64,000 bases of DNA from Candidatus Methanomethylophilaceae archaeon (GCA_050944155.1 JBMNQN010000002.1:1-64000), one strand, 5' to 3'; shown: positions 9,901 to 19,755, numbered from the stretch's first letter. Notes: a model not told the origin generated them from the letters alone. Numbers and translations: made by a program.

Positions 9901-10632
9901 CGGGCGGTTCTGTCCCGCCGCCTTTATGTAAGCGAGAACCAAGGTTCCGTTGTACATGGGATCCCTGTCTCTGTCCATGGTCAGGGTGACGTATCTGGAA
10001 TCTTTTTCGAGGACTACCGGGAAAAGAGCCAGAGGCGCGCGTATGTTCAGTCCCTCTCCGGACATCATTCCCTGTACGAAAGGATACGCTATGAACAAAT
10101 CGTACTGTCCGGTTTCCCTTGCGCTGCGGTTTACTTCCCTGATCATTCCGGTCAGGGTTCTGTACATCTTCATCTGTTCCGCGTCGGCGGCGGAGTCGCA
10201 GAGACGTATGGTGCGCTTGTTTCCGAAAAGCAGATCCGAAAAGTCGACGTCGATATTAGTAAGGTCGAAGGTCAGACTTTTGGACATCCTTCCCTGATAG
10301 AGCATGCGGTTGTTTTTGTTAATGTTGACAAGTTTTTTCTCCAGCTCCCTGAGTGTCGAGGCGGTCTTCTTCGCCATATCCTTTCCGTTTTCGCCGGACG
10401 AGCGGAATTTCAGTATTACGGCAAGAAATTCTCCTCCGTAGGTGTCCGAAAAACCGGGGCTCAGTCCCGGAATCTTTTCAAGTTCGTCGGGTGTCGAAGG
10501 CAGTTTTTCCGCCATCGCGCGCAGGGCCTCGTCGGAACATATTTCCGGTACGCGGTTCCCCACGTCCGACTCGTTCCGCCGGAGTCTCTCCCTCAGGCTG
10601 CAGAGTGCTTCGTAAATCTCGTTATTTCCCAT
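6922..10632 (-). CDS. HRDC-like + DUF4011-like + SF1 (Upf1-like) helicase + Vsr/MTES_1575-like nuclease (Hhe-like)
   Basis: QGPPGTGKS, DEASQ, GDHKQL, HYRS, ESVQGDERD, RLNVAVSRAK; C-terminal IDLAV...GIECD...RERD..RQ.YLE..GW..HRVW; N-terminal ICSDEALRAMAEKLPST.DELEKIPG. Confidence 0.85.
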   Translation of the reverse strand: MGNNEIYEALCSLRERLRRNESDVGNRVPEICSDEALRAMAEKLPSTPDELEKIPGLSPGFSDTYGGEFLAVILKFRSSGENGKDMAKKTASTLRELEKKLVNINKNNRMLYQGRMSKSLTFDLTNIDVDFSDLLFGNKRTIRLCDSAADAEQMKMYRTLTGMIREVNRSARETGQYDLFIAYPFVQGMMSGEGLNIRAPLALFPVVLEKDSRYVTLTMDRDRDPMYNGTLVLAYIKAAGQNRPMPDLTVEGYTEENFFGNLLKFYSEQGITMEPCDPEPVPFEEYRYGEFPKYLPGDLNMVPNIVLGRYPSFSSSIQLDFDRIIESNEINEILNDLIVDLEPGDFYDEGKAPLSDTEIRSKGMEASEKDLIYINPLNSAQENVLTGIQKSKELVIQGPPGTGKSQVITGLIISEVLNGRNVLMVSEKKTALDVVYSRLGALSKYCLIVDDAGDKEEFYSQIRRMLETVPGQKNADLSELSETVDRNVAVLNGIADRMYSPDSFGLAPYKLYSMDRWLDLSDRHDLEEYRELRAGIDPSILALSYPEIKKLHKTFSDPITVSGFKEYRDCATRTPWIKTMRHNLTEYDLDETRAILRAFIEKVESWKNKNAISRSMGRKKIEASASEILSRCFDDFGEDMVKNLIDDPQTFLSSLDDYEMFSERSTVYNRMTPDEKTYGRILMELSESMKYSPQKCNDQIYRYVLNERLQKFDAENKDLMQYIQDFDRIVNRIDVCINEKMENSRAAAEYCFRENLRNMTESKRHGDITRIAESKRKWNINKFVERYSYELFRGVRVWLLTPDVVSEILPLRMGLFDLVIFDEASQMYVERGIPSIYRAKKVVIAGDHKQLRPSSLGSGRIEYDGTESDEDSAALEEESLLDLARARYDSILLNFHYRSKYEELIAFSNYAFYNGRLYVSPNIAETEKPPIQMFKVDGIWDNTRNIAEARKIIELLREFFLKRRNNETVGVITFNAAQRDLINDMLDDECAKDPTFGRIVADEMRRFDNGEDVGLFIKNIESVQGDERDVIMFSIGYAPNPEGKMMQRFGWLNNRGGENRLNVAVSRAKRQIYVVTSIDPEDLKVDDTLNAGPKILRKYLQYARAISDGDRGMADSILHSFNDERWRETPIMETESSIADRVYNALIRKGYTVDRHVGIGGYQIDLAVKQNGNYILGIECDSHLYETSRSARERDYHRQKYLEASGWKMHRVWTPGMWKDSEREIGRIVKAIENRN

Positions 10633-10695
10633 CGCACTCTAATACTCCGGGGACATTATAAAGTCTAGCGAACAGCGATCGGACGAGGGTACGTT

Positions 10696-11145
10696 ATGGA
10701 AGAAAAATCGAAAGGTCTGAGAAAAGGAATCAGGGGAACGGGGTCGGAAAAGGTTACCGAAGAGAGAACCGCTCTCGGCATAGGGAGCGGGACGCTGAGA
10801 GTATACGGCACTCCCGCCGCGTCGGCTCTTGCGGAAAATACGGCTTACAGATCCGTATCCGATTTCCTGGAAGAGGGACAGTGCACCGTGGGTTCATCGA
10901 TGTCGATAAAACATCTGGCACCTACGTATTTGGGCGGAGAGGTGGTCTGCGAAACCGAACTCACGGAGGTAGACGGAAGGCGTCTGGTTTTTTCGTTTTC
11001 TTTACGGGATTCGTCGGGGCTTATCGCCGAAGGCGTTCACGAGCGGTACGTTACCGACTGCGCAAGATTTACGGACAAAGCAAAATCCAGATTACAGAAG
11101 GCCGAGTCCGGAAACGATCACGGGAAGCATCAGGCATCCCGTTAA
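10696..11145 (+). CDS. Hot-dog fold thioesterase (fluoroacetyl-CoA thioesterase FlK-like)
   Basis: GSG.L.VYGTP...AE...TVG....IKHLAPT...EG.HER pattern. Confidence 0.85.
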   Translation: MEEKSKGLRKGIRGTGSEKVTEERTALGIGSGTLRVYGTPAASALAENTAYRSVSDFLEEGQCTVGSSMSIKHLAPTYLGGEVVCETELTEVDGRRLVFSFSLRDSSGLIAEGVHERYVTDCARFTDKAKSRLQKAESGNDHGKHQASR

Positions 11146-12363
11146 AGGTATGCGGCTTATTCCCTCCCTCTGAGGAACAAGACCCAGCAGTGAAGAAAGG
11201 GCGAGAACAGCCAGACCTCCCGCCCCCGTCATAAGGAACACCAGCGACACAATCAGTACGAATGCGTATCTGTTCATTTTTCCCGCGTCGGCGTTTCCGG
11301 CAATCTTCGAAATGCCTTTTCCGGCAGCAAGGGTGACGGCATAACCCAAAGCGGCCGCGCAACAAACCGCCGTAAGCAGCAGAAGAAAATCGGAGGAACA
11401 GAAACCGCTCAGTCCGTCTCCTATGATTTCTTTAATAACCGCCGACGTTCCCGACCTCCCGCTTCCCGTAACCGACAGGGTTACGATGGAAAAAACGGAA
11501 GTGACGGTTCCGATGGACGCAACCAGTGAAATGAATTTTTCCGGACTTTCTTCTTTCGTTACTGCCGCGGACAATGCCGCCCCCGCCGCTGCGGTGATCC
11601 CGGGAAACCACCCCGCAATGCATCCCGTGACAACGCCTTTGAGGCCCGGCAGGATTCCGACGCTTTCTTCGTCATCCGTCTGTTCGGGTATTCCCGCGGT
11701 TCCGGCCGACTCCAAAAGGGGAGGGATTCCGAACAGGCCGGTCAGCATGGGAAACAGCAGGGTTCCTTCGCACAGGATTCCCGACGAGGGTATCCCCGTG
11801 TAAGAACATGCAAGACCCAGCACTCCGGAAGCGGCGAACAGGGAAGCGGCGAGAAGTCTGTCCCATAAATCCGAGGCGGAAAACACAATGACGAAAGAAA
11901 CGGTTATGACGACGAAAATGGTGATTTCGTCCATTATTCCTGCCAGACCTTCAATCATCAGATACTGGAAAGGAACCGAGAGAAGAACCGAAAAGAAAGC
12001 GCCGACCGCGCTTCCCGCCGCCGCGGCTCTGACGGCGGCCATGCCCCTGCCGTCCATGAGAAGTCTGTGCCCTGGCAGCATCGTAAGAGCTTCGTCCGCG
12101 TCCGGTGCGCCTATGAAAACCGACGGAATGAAATCGACGAAGGAATGGACGACCGACGCGGACACTATGCACGCGGAAACCATAACCGGAACGTATTCGG
12201 GAGGAGCGAATCCCTCCGTTACGGACGAAACCGCCGGATAGGAAGCGAGCATTACCGCAGCCAAGGTGTTTACGTGTATTCCGGGCACAAGGCCCGTAAA
12301 CGTACCCAAGGCTGATCCCGCGAGACTCATTATAAGAACGAACAGCAGAACGTCGGCGCCCAT
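11092..12363 (-). CDS. TctA/DUF112-family integral membrane protein
   Basis: GTFTGLVPGIHVN, FIPSVFIGAP, LPGHRLL..GRG; many TM segments. Confidence 0.85.
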   Translation of the reverse strand: MGADVLLFVLIMSLAGSALGTFTGLVPGIHVNTLAAVMLASYPAVSSVTEGFAPPEYVPVMVSACIVSASVVHSFVDFIPSVFIGAPDADEALTMLPGHRLLMDGRGMAAVRAAAAGSAVGAFFSVLLSVPFQYLMIEGLAGIMDEITIFVVITVSFVIVFSASDLWDRLLAASLFAASGVLGLACSYTGIPSSGILCEGTLLFPMLTGLFGIPPLLESAGTAGIPEQTDDEESVGILPGLKGVVTGCIAGWFPGITAAAGAALSAAVTKEESPEKFISLVASIGTVTSVFSIVTLSVTGSGRSGTSAVIKEIIGDGLSGFCSSDFLLLLTAVCCAAALGYAVTLAAGKGISKIAGNADAGKMNRYAFVLIVSLVFLMTGAGGLAVLALSSLLGLVPQREGISRIPLTGCLMLPVIVSGLGLL

Positions 12364-12408
12364 GCATGCGCGTTCGCCGTTGCGGGGAATATAAGCGGGA
12401 TGCTACAG

Positions 12409-12960
12409 TCAGTATTCTTTGATGCAGGGTCTGCCGTCTTTCACTCCCACCCTGAGAATACTCTTTATTTCGACGCCCTCCATCGTTACGGGGGATTCGG
12501 TTTTGTCGAAGACGGTTACGAGTTCGTTAAGTACGATTCCTCTCTCCTTCAGCGCTGCGTTTATGGCTCTGACCGTACCGCCCGTACTCAGAACGTCATC
12601 CACGATTGCAACTTTGTCTCCGGCTTTCAGTCCGTTGATGTAAAGAAATCCGGACGAGTAGCCGGTCGCTCTTTTCACGGTAATCTCTCCCGGAAGTCCG
12701 TATTTTCTTTTGCGGATGACGCTGTACGGTATTCCCGTTTTCAAAGAAATCGGAACTGCCAGAGGTATGCCCATGGCTTCGGGTGCCAGAATAACGTCGC
12801 AGTCGAATTTTCCTATGGACAGAAGGCCGTCCACCGTTTCTTCGAGAAGCGCGGGGTCCACCCTGGGTATGCCGTCGCTTATGGGATTGACGAAATACGG
12901 GTAGCCGTCCCTGTCCGTAACAGGGCTTTCCAGGAAGTATTTTTTCAGAAGTCCGTCCAC
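12409..12960 (-). CDS. hpt: Archaeal purine (hypoxanthine/guanine) phosphoribosyltransferase
   Basis: YPYFVNPISDG, EAMGIP, RKRKYGL, VDDVLSTGGT; GTG start inferred from TATA spacing. Confidence 0.85.
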   Translation of the reverse strand: MDGLLKKYFLESPVTDRDGYPYFVNPISDGIPRVDPALLEETVDGLLSIGKFDCDVILAPEAMGIPLAVPISLKTGIPYSVIRKRKYGLPGEITVKRATGYSSGFLYINGLKAGDKVAIVDDVLSTGGTVRAINAALKERGIVLNELVTVFDKTESPVTMEGVEIKSILRVGVKDGRPCIKEY

Positions 12961-13067
12961 GTTCCCGTATCGTATCGTGAGTATATACCCGTTTTTTCCG
13001 TCCGGAACCGAACTGAAACCCTCGAAGAACATATTTAAGTGAAGGCACGATTGCTGGTTCCATCGAA

Positions 13068-14132
13068 ATGAACGCCGACGAAAGATACGCGCTGGTAACG
13101 CGCAATGCCGAGGAAATCGTTACCGAGGAAGAACTCAAATCATTGATGGAGAAGAAGGAACCCACCGCGTATATCGGATTCGAACCTTCCGGTCTCGTTC
13201 ACATGGGCTGGGCCCTCGTGGCATCCAAAATCCGCGATCTTACCGATGCCGGGTTCAGAGTGATTGTATTCTGGGCCGATTGGCACGCGGCAATCAACGA
13301 TAAACTCGGAGGCGACATCGAGAATATCCGTACATGTGCCAGATACATGCAGGACTGTTTTACGGCGCTGGGTATACCTGCCGACAAAGTCGATTACAGA
13401 TACGCCAGCGATTTGGTCAGCGACACCGAATACTGGGCAAAAGCGATAAAGATTGCCAAAGCAACATCCCTGAGCAGGGTCAAACGCGCGATGACGATTA
13501 TGGGACGTTCGGAAGACGAGGCGGAAGTGGACACTTCGAAAATATTCTACCCGATTCTGCAGGCGACGGACATATTCTGCATGGATGTGGACCTGGCATA
13601 TGCGGGAATCGATCAGCGCAGGGCCCACATGCTTGCCAGGGATGCAGCGGATAAGCTGGGATGGAGAAAACCCATAGCCCTTCACACACCTTTGCTGCCG
13701 GGACTTGCCGGAGGAAACAGAATGGACCCCGCAGAATCCAAAATGTCCAAAAGCAAACCCGATAAAAATATCACGATTCACGATACCAAAGAAGACATAG
13801 CCAGGAAGATGAAAAAGGCGTTCTGCCCCCAAGACAGGGAGTCCGAAGATACCAACCCCGTCCTGATGCTTTGCAGGTACGTAATTTTCCCGCGTCTCGG
13901 AAAACTCGACATAAACCGTCCCGAAAAATTCGGAGGGCCCGTATCTTACGGAAGCTATTCGGAACTGACAGAAGCATATTTCTCCGGCGGTCTGTTCCCG
14001 CTCGATCTCAAGAACGGAGTTACGGACGCTCTGGCGGAGATTCTGAAACCGGTGGAAGAATACTTCAGGGAAAAACCGGAAAATATGGAAGCCCTGAAAG
14101 AAGTTCTTAGAAAATTGGGAAAACTCAATTGA
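13068..14132 (+). CDS. tyrS: Tyrosyl-tRNA synthetase (archaeal type)
   Basis: YIGFEPSG..HMG, YPILQATD, GIDQR, KMSKS. Confidence 0.96.
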   Translation: MNADERYALVTRNAEEIVTEEELKSLMEKKEPTAYIGFEPSGLVHMGWALVASKIRDLTDAGFRVIVFWADWHAAINDKLGGDIENIRTCARYMQDCFTALGIPADKVDYRYASDLVSDTEYWAKAIKIAKATSLSRVKRAMTIMGRSEDEAEVDTSKIFYPILQATDIFCMDVDLAYAGIDQRRAHMLARDAADKLGWRKPIALHTPLLPGLAGGNRMDPAESKMSKSKPDKNITIHDTKEDIARKMKKAFCPQDRESEDTNPVLMLCRYVIFPRLGKLDINRPEKFGGPVSYGSYSELTEAYFSGGLFPLDLKNGVTDALAEILKPVEEYFREKPENMEALKEVLRKLGKLN

Positions 14133-15087
14133 AATTCTTCGATTCGGATTTAATCCTGCGGAACTCATCCATGGTTCTGGAAACGCACATGTTCAGCATG
14201 GCTTCCGCATCGCCGGTTCCGGATATTCCTGCCGCACCGGTGTGACCGCCTCCGTTGCAGTTCGTATCCGAACCCACGTCCTTGAGAATATCTCCCAGAG
14301 CTATGCCTTTGCGGACCGCGTCCATGGTGGCTCTGGCACTTATTCTGAAGAAGTCGTCCTTCTGCGTTGCTACGAAGGCGACGTCGGCTCCGGCGCCTAT
14401 CATAGCTTTGCAGGCGGAGGATTCGAAACTGCTTCCCACCGCATATGCCACAATCATTTCTCCCACTCTTTCGAACTTCAGATTTTCCATGGTTTTGAGT
14501 ACGGCGTTCCTTTCGCTCATGCGCAGATCGGCGCGGGTAACCGCCATCGCTTCGTCCATGAAGATGCCGCACTCTCCCATTATGCGGGCGAAACGCTTCA
14601 GGGTTTCCGGTTTGGCATACTGAAGATGTCCGCTGTCCGTAATCATTCCGCCCAGAAGTGCCAGGCCCGTGGTCTTATCCATCCCGATTCCCGCTTCGAA
14701 GATAATTTCGGAAATCAGTTCGCAACAGGAAATGCTGTTTTCGTCGCAGAAGAAACGGACGTTTTTCCATTCTCCCGAAGGCATGTGATGGTCGATGACG
14801 ATGCTGTTTTCGGGAACTTCGGTCTCCAGCATTGCCGGGGACGAAGTATCCACCACGACCGTCAGGTCGTAGTCTTCCGGATTGTAAGTATCGGAAATTT
14901 TTATGCCCAGCTTTTCGACCGCGTTGCCGGCAACGTAGTCGATTCCTCCGCAGGCGCATATCGTCGATTCCGGAAAACAGCGGGAAAGAGCAAAAGCCGA
15001 GCCTACGGCATCCATGTCGGCGTTGTTGTGCACCAGTATGGCCTTCTTTCCCCCGGCGAGAGCTTCTGCGATTTCCGAAAATTCCAT
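14125..15087 (-). CDS. DHH/DHHA1-family phosphoesterase
   Basis: H.NAD.DAVG, VVDT, IDHH, TDSG, GGGH motifs. Confidence 0.9.
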   Translation of the reverse strand: MEFSEIAEALAGGKKAILVHNNADMDAVGSAFALSRCFPESTICACGGIDYVAGNAVEKLGIKISDTYNPEDYDLTVVVDTSSPAMLETEVPENSIVIDHHMPSGEWKNVRFFCDENSISCCELISEIIFEAGIGMDKTTGLALLGGMITDSGHLQYAKPETLKRFARIMGECGIFMDEAMAVTRADLRMSERNAVLKTMENLKFERVGEMIVAYAVGSSFESSACKAMIGAGADVAFVATQKDDFFRISARATMDAVRKGIALGDILKDVGSDTNCNGGGHTGAAGISGTGDAEAMLNMCVSRTMDEFRRIKSESKNFN

Positions 15088-15093
15088 CTCACA

Positions 15094-16449
15094 TCAAGCC
15101 TCGGATTTCTTTTTGTATTTTGCGAAGAAGCGTCCTATTCTGGTCTGTCCGATTCCCACCAGGAGTATGTCCGAATTGTATATTTTCACGGTAATCATTA
15201 TCATTGCTATTGCGAACAGGGTGCAGTATCCGAGCCCCGCGAATACCAGGATATTGTTTCCGAACATCAGGTTCTGCATGCCCATCATGGGATGGGAGAA
15301 GGGTATGGCGAACAGTATCGCTTTCATAACGGGAGACAGAGAATTCCAGTCGGAAAACATGAACACCATCATGGGAATTATCGTAAGCATGGTGACGGGC
15401 AGGGCCATGGTCTGCGCACTCTTGAAATTCTTGACGAAAGCACCCAGAATCATGCACATACCCAGAGCGCAGAGTATGGACGCGAACATGAGCAGGGAAA
15501 TCATAATCCATCCTGCGGCGTCCAGACTCATTCCGTAATCCGCCAGATTTATTCCGCCGGCGCCTTTGAACATACTTTGCATGTAAACGTACATCCCGCT
15601 TATGTACACGACTCCGTAAATCATTCCCATTATTCCTGCGGAGAGGACTTTGCTTGCCACGACCGTAGTTCTCCTGACCGGCAGCGTAAGCAGGGTTTCC
15701 AGAGTTTTGTTTTCCTTTTCGTTGCCCATGGATGATATTACGATACCTCCCACCATGGTGATTATGATCATTATCACTACGGGAATCATCAGAGTCTGGC
15801 TCATTATGGCTCCGTTGATTTCCGCAGGGGTGATGCCGTCGTACAGGCTTCCTTCGATGTAGGTGTGGCTGCTGTTCTGGTAGAAATACACGGGGTGCTT
15901 CAGAAAAGTCCCGTCGGGGATTCCTCCCTCTGCGATGAGTTTGTTGGACACCGCTTCGTTAATTACGGAGACGTAAGCAGACATTATTTCGGAACTTATT
16001 CCCGCAAAGGCTCCCGAATACTGAGAGATATAGTATGCATCGATTTTTCCCGGGTTTCCGCTGCCGATATCGGCGGAGAAGTTTCTGTCTATGACGAGAA
16101 CGCTGCTTACGCCTACTTCGTGCATTGCGTCGAACAGCGTTTCGCTGTCGCTTTCCGAAAAGGATTCGGGATCCATGAAAACCACGTAGTTGCTTCTTTC
16201 CTCATCGGACATGTCTCCGTAGGGCGGAATTCCGTTGATGGTTTCGTTCACCAGGGCGTAGTACGGAGAGGTTTCGTCGTCCAGATTGACGACGCCGAAT
16301 TTGGCCGGCGACATTATTTCCTCGGTCTGGGTATTTATCATGGCACCCATTCCCACGAATATCATCAGGACCACAAACATTGCGGCCATGGACTGTATGG
16401 TAATCAGTTCTTTGAGTTCTTTTTTGATGAGATTGAAAAGGTTGCTCAT
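15094..16449 (-). CDS. ABC-2 exporter permease (NatB-like)
   Basis: IKKELKE N-terminus, EKENKTLETLLTLPV motif, about 6 TM segments. Confidence 0.88.
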   Translation of the reverse strand: MSNLFNLIKKELKELITIQSMAAMFVVLMIFVGMGAMINTQTEEIMSPAKFGVVNLDDETSPYYALVNETINGIPPYGDMSDEERSNYVVFMDPESFSESDSETLFDAMHEVGVSSVLVIDRNFSADIGSGNPGKIDAYYISQYSGAFAGISSEIMSAYVSVINEAVSNKLIAEGGIPDGTFLKHPVYFYQNSSHTYIEGSLYDGITPAEINGAIMSQTLMIPVVIMIIITMVGGIVISSMGNEKENKTLETLLTLPVRRTTVVASKVLSAGIMGMIYGVVYISGMYVYMQSMFKGAGGINLADYGMSLDAAGWIMISLLMFASILCALGMCMILGAFVKNFKSAQTMALPVTMLTIIPMMVFMFSDWNSLSPVMKAILFAIPFSHPMMGMQNLMFGNNILVFAGLGYCTLFAIAMIMITVKIYNSDILLVGIGQTRIGRFFAKYKKKSEA

Positions 16450-17168
16450 TTTTTGCCGGCCCCCTTTATGAAAACTTCCTCCAGATTTTTGGCTCCGTAT
16501 TTCTCGATGAGTTCGGCGGGAGAACCTTGCATTATTATTTCCCCTCCGTTAATCATGGCGATTCTGTCACACAGGAGTTCCACTTCGAACATGTTGTGAG
16601 AGGACAGCAATACGGTGACGCCCGACTTCGCTATCCCCCGTATGAGTTCCCTGATATCGTGGGCGTTCATAACGTCCAGTCCGGACGTGACCTCGTCCAT
16701 TATGGCAAATTTGGGCGAAGGCATTATGGCTCTGGCTATGAGAAGGCGTCTCATCATTCCTTTGCTGTAGGTACTCACCTTGCTGTCTATCCTGTCCCCC
16801 AGATTCGCTATTTCCATGCCTCTGTTGCACATTTCTTCCAGTTCATTCCCGCTCGCAAAGAAACCGGCTATGAATTTCAGATACGCTCTGCCGGTGAGGT
16901 CTTTGTAGGCTCCGGCGTCCTCGGGGAGGTAGCTTATTACTTTTCTTACGCTGTCTCCCTGGGTTGCAACGTCGTACCCGCACACGCTGATCTCTCCGGA
17001 AGTTATCGAAATGAGAGTTGAAATCATTCTCAGAGTGGTGGTTTTTCCCGCACCGTTCGGTCCGATGAGACCGAAAATTTCCCCTTCTTTCACGGAAAAA
17101 CTGATATTTTTTACGGCTTCTATATCGCCGAACATTTTACTGACGTTCCTGATGACCAGCGTTTCCAT
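16446..17168 (-). CDS. ABC exporter ATP-binding subunit
   Basis: GPNGAGKTT, YSKGM, MDE, SSH. Confidence 0.93.
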   Translation of the reverse strand: METLVIRNVSKMFGDIEAVKNISFSVKEGEIFGLIGPNGAGKTTTLRMISTLISITSGEISVCGYDVATQGDSVRKVISYLPEDAGAYKDLTGRAYLKFIAGFFASGNELEEMCNRGMEIANLGDRIDSKVSTYSKGMMRRLLIARAIMPSPKFAIMDEVTSGLDVMNAHDIRELIRGIAKSGVTVLLSSHNMFEVELLCDRIAMINGGEIIMQGSPAELIEKYGAKNLEEVFIKGAGKK

Positions 17169-17267
17169 GGACGTCGAACCGTATGTATGTATTAAATTCT
17201 TGTCGGCGCGGAGTTTTCGACAAGGCGTATAAAAAATGTATCTGGGTCTTTGTGACCCGTAAGGGGT

Positions 17268-17621
17268 TTACTCTTCGGCCGGGACGTTTCCCATAGCTTT
17301 GTTGATGGTTTCCCGGAGAGAGTTGTATTTGTCTTTCAGAGTCTTTTCCTGGCGCTCGAAACTCTTGACTCTTATTTCCATGGTTTCAGCGGATTCTTCC
17401 AGTTCCGACTTCAGAGCGTCTTTGTCGTCCACCTTTATCAGCAGGGCACCGGCACTTTTGTAAACGTCTCCGGTGGCTTTGTCCAGTTCTTCGAGGGTGC
17501 GTTTGAGTTCTCTGAGCTGGATGTCCATCTGGGTCTTTTGGGCGCTGACGTTCTGTAGCTGCTGCTGCACCTGCTGGAACTGGGTTATCTGGTTCTGGAG
17601 CTGAGGGCTAATATTATCCAT
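17268..17621 (-). CDS. pfdB: Prefoldin beta subunit
   Basis: Q-rich coiled coil with VYKSAGALLIK hairpin; superoperon context. Confidence 0.95.
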   Translation of the reverse strand: MDNISPQLQNQITQFQQVQQQLQNVSAQKTQMDIQLRELKRTLEELDKATGDVYKSAGALLIKVDDKDALKSELEESAETMEIRVKSFERQEKTLKDKYNSLRETINKAMGNVPAEE

Positions 17622-17625
17622 TATA

Positions 17626-17844
17626 TCACCTTGTTATTTTTCCGATGTCTTCGGTTATCGATATGCATTCTAAGCAGGAGTTGAGGGCCGCCCTCATGGC
17701 AGAGGTGTCGGCCGCCGTTATCTCGATAACGGTTTTCCCTTCTCCGATGCGTACGGAAGTCCGGGTGCGGGGCTGATCAGTCAGATCGGGGCCTACCGAC
17801 GCGGCTGCGCTTTCGTCCCCTATTTCCAACACGGCGTTCAGCAT
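17626..17844 (-). CDS. pcc1: KEOPS subunit Pcc1
   Basis: IEITAADTSAMRAALNS; lies between rpoP and pfdB. Confidence 0.85.
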   Translation of the reverse strand: MLNAVLEIGDESAAASVGPDLTDQPRTRTSVRIGEGKTVIEITAADTSAMRAALNSCLECISITEDIGKITR

Positions 17845-17848
17845 GGCT

Positions 17849-17980
17849 TCAGTCGGATTTAAGGACCTTCTTTACGTTAGGTCTTTCTTTGAAGAAAATC
17901 TTCGAACCGCACTTCTCGCACTGAAGACCCAGAGCGTTGACGTTGCGTATGGGTTCGTTGCATTTGGCGCATCTGTACAT
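17849..17980 (-). CDS. rpoP: RNA polymerase subunit P (Rpo12)
   Basis: MYRCAKC...CEKCGSKIFFKERP; start trimmed to 17980. Confidence 0.93.
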   Translation of the reverse strand: MYRCAKCNEPIRNVNALGLQCEKCGSKIFFKERPNVKKVLKSD

Positions 17981-17982
17981 GC

Positions 17983-18234
17983 TTACTGCTCCGACACCCT
18001 GGAGATTTCCTTTTTGGCTTTGGGACTGTAGGCTTCGGCCGCGAATTTGGTGTCGCAGCGTCTGCATTCCCAGATGCCGGAACTTACTCTCCCGACGCTC
18101 TTGTGGTGGCATACGGGGCATTCGTGTCTCTTCTTCTGCTGGGCTTCGATGATCTTAACCCTGTTGCGGACTATGACACCGTACCTTGCTCCGTACCTTC
18201 CCGAGCTTCCGGCTTTTTTCGTTCTTTTCGACAT
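17983..18234 (-). CDS. rpl37ae: 50S ribosomal protein L37ae
   Basis: GRYGARYG...CPVC...GIWECRRC. Confidence 0.96.
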   Translation of the reverse strand: MSKRTKKAGSSGRYGARYGVIVRNRVKIIEAQQKKRHECPVCHHKSVGRVSSGIWECRRCDTKFAAEAYSPKAKKEISRVSEQ

Positions 18235-18239
18235 TGGTT

Positions 18240-19013
18240 TCACCCGATTATTTTTCTGATTTCCGCGCCTTTTTCGACGGCTCTGTCAAGGCATAATGAG
18301 AGTTCGTCCAGGGAAATGGCTCCCTGACCGCCCTTCTGCATCGCTCTGAAGTTGCCGTCGTCGTCCGTGGTGACGGTGAGGCGGGCAGAAGATATGTGCT
18401 CTTCGTCGAAATTTGGGTCTACTATTAAGTCTTTTCCTATTTTGACTTCGGTGACCGAAATCGGGGTGCAGGTTACGGGCATGGGGTAGTTCTCGCCCTT
18501 TCCGTAGGCTTCGGCGGGAACCACGGCGTTTTTGATTGCCGCCACGGCCGCAAGGTTGCACGCATCGAAAAGATTTCCGCAGTAGTCTATTATGTAAATG
18601 TCGATGTAGCACATCCAGACCTCTTCTCCGGGCGTGATGCACAGTTTGCTCACGTCGATCATTCCCGACTCTCTTATTCCGCGGTCCACGACTCTGGCGA
18701 GTTCGATGGCGTCCTCTCCGGGAGGTCCGGATTCGAAAGAGGCGTGGGCCAGGGGTATAAGTTCGGCGCCGGTGGTCAGAACTCCGAGGTTGGGCGTGTC
18801 CGGGAACGGGGTTCCGGGGACTATTTTAACTCCGGCGATGACAACGGTGTCTCCCAGGGAAACTTTCGCAGATCCGTCCGCGCTTTCTATGAGTCCCGTT
18901 TCGATTTTTATCTCTCTGAAGTCGGTTGTGCCGCGGCCGTCGGTTCTTTTGCCTTCCTTAAGCATGTTGACTATGTGGTCGCGTCTGATTTCGGAAATAA
19001 TTTCACTGCTCAT
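18240..19013 (-). CDS. rrp42: Exosome subunit Rrp42
   Basis: RNase PH fold, PFPDTP, FESGPP...[12 protein letters not shown]. Confidence 0.95.
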   Translation of the reverse strand: MSSEIISEIRRDHIVNMLKEGKRTDGRGTTDFREIKIETGLIESADGSAKVSLGDTVVIAGVKIVPGTPFPDTPNLGVLTTGAELIPLAHASFESGPPGEDAIELARVVDRGIRESGMIDVSKLCITPGEEVWMCYIDIYIIDYCGNLFDACNLAAVAAIKNAVVPAEAYGKGENYPMPVTCTPISVTEVKIGKDLIVDPNFDEEHISSARLTVTTDDDGNFRAMQKGGQGAISLDELSLCLDRAVEKGAEIRKIIG

Positions 19014-19755
19014 CGGAATCATCCTCCTCTTCCGTGTTTACGGTATAGCGTCTTTTCAGTGCGTCTTTCTGCAGTGCGTAAAGTTCTTTGCATCCGCCCA
19101 CCGCCAGTTCTATGGCATGGTCGAATTCCTCGCGGGTCATGTTCCCGTCCATCTGCAGGAGGACGATCTCGTCGGTGCTGGGGACGATGGCTATGGGAAC
19201 GTCCGCCTGTCCGTAGTTGTCCTCTTCTTTGTTCAGGTCGAGAAGCACGTGGCCGTCGGCTTTGCCCGCGGCCATGGCGGGAACTATGTCCCTCATGGGT
19301 ATTCCCGCGTCGGCGAGAGCCACCGAAGCGGCGGTGAGCCCGGCGCATCTGGTTCCCGCGTTTGCCTGAAGAATCTCTATGTAAACGTCGATGGAGGCTC
19401 TGGGATACAGTCCGGTAAGAACCACGTATTCCAGCGCTTCCGCCGTTATTTTCGAAATTTCCACGGATCTTCTGTCTGTTCCGGGTCTTTTTCTGTCTCC
19501 CACCGAATAAGCCTGCATGTTGTACTTGCACTGGATTATTGCTTTGGTGGGGTTCTGAAGGTGCCTGGGGTGGCATTCCCTGGGGCCGTAAACCGCCGCC
19601 AGAACTTTGTTTTTCCCTATTTCGACGTATGCGGAACCGTCGGCGTTCTTGAGAACGCCCGCCTCGATTTTTACTTCTCTGTGTTCTTCGGCGGTTCTTC
19701 CGTCGATTCTGATTCCGTTACTGTCGACCAATACCATGTCTGTCTGTCCGCTCAT
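19003..19755 (-). CDS. rrp41: Exosome subunit Rrp41
   Basis: [33 protein letters not shown]. Confidence 0.96.
   Translation of the reverse strand: MSGQTDMVLVDSNGIRIDGRTAEEHREVKIEAGVLKNADGSAYVEIGKNKVLAAVYGPRECHPRHLQNPTKAIIQCKYNMQAYSVGDRKRPGTDRRSVEISKITAEALEYVVLTGLYPRASIDVYIEILQANAGTRCAGLTAASVALADAGIPMRDIVPAMAAGKADGHVLLDLNKEEDNYGQADVPIAIVPSTDEIVLLQMDGNMTREEFDHAIELAVGGCKELYALQKDALKRRYTVNTEEEDDSDEQ

Noticed and set aside
7945-10668. 907-aa plus-strand ORF and other long antisense ORFs (23134-25797, 20013-22034, 42728-44782, 45212-46735, 27818-29275)
   Set aside because: They shadow well-supported genes on the opposite strand, have no recognisable motifs, and are explained by scarce TTA/CTA/TCA codons in the real genes
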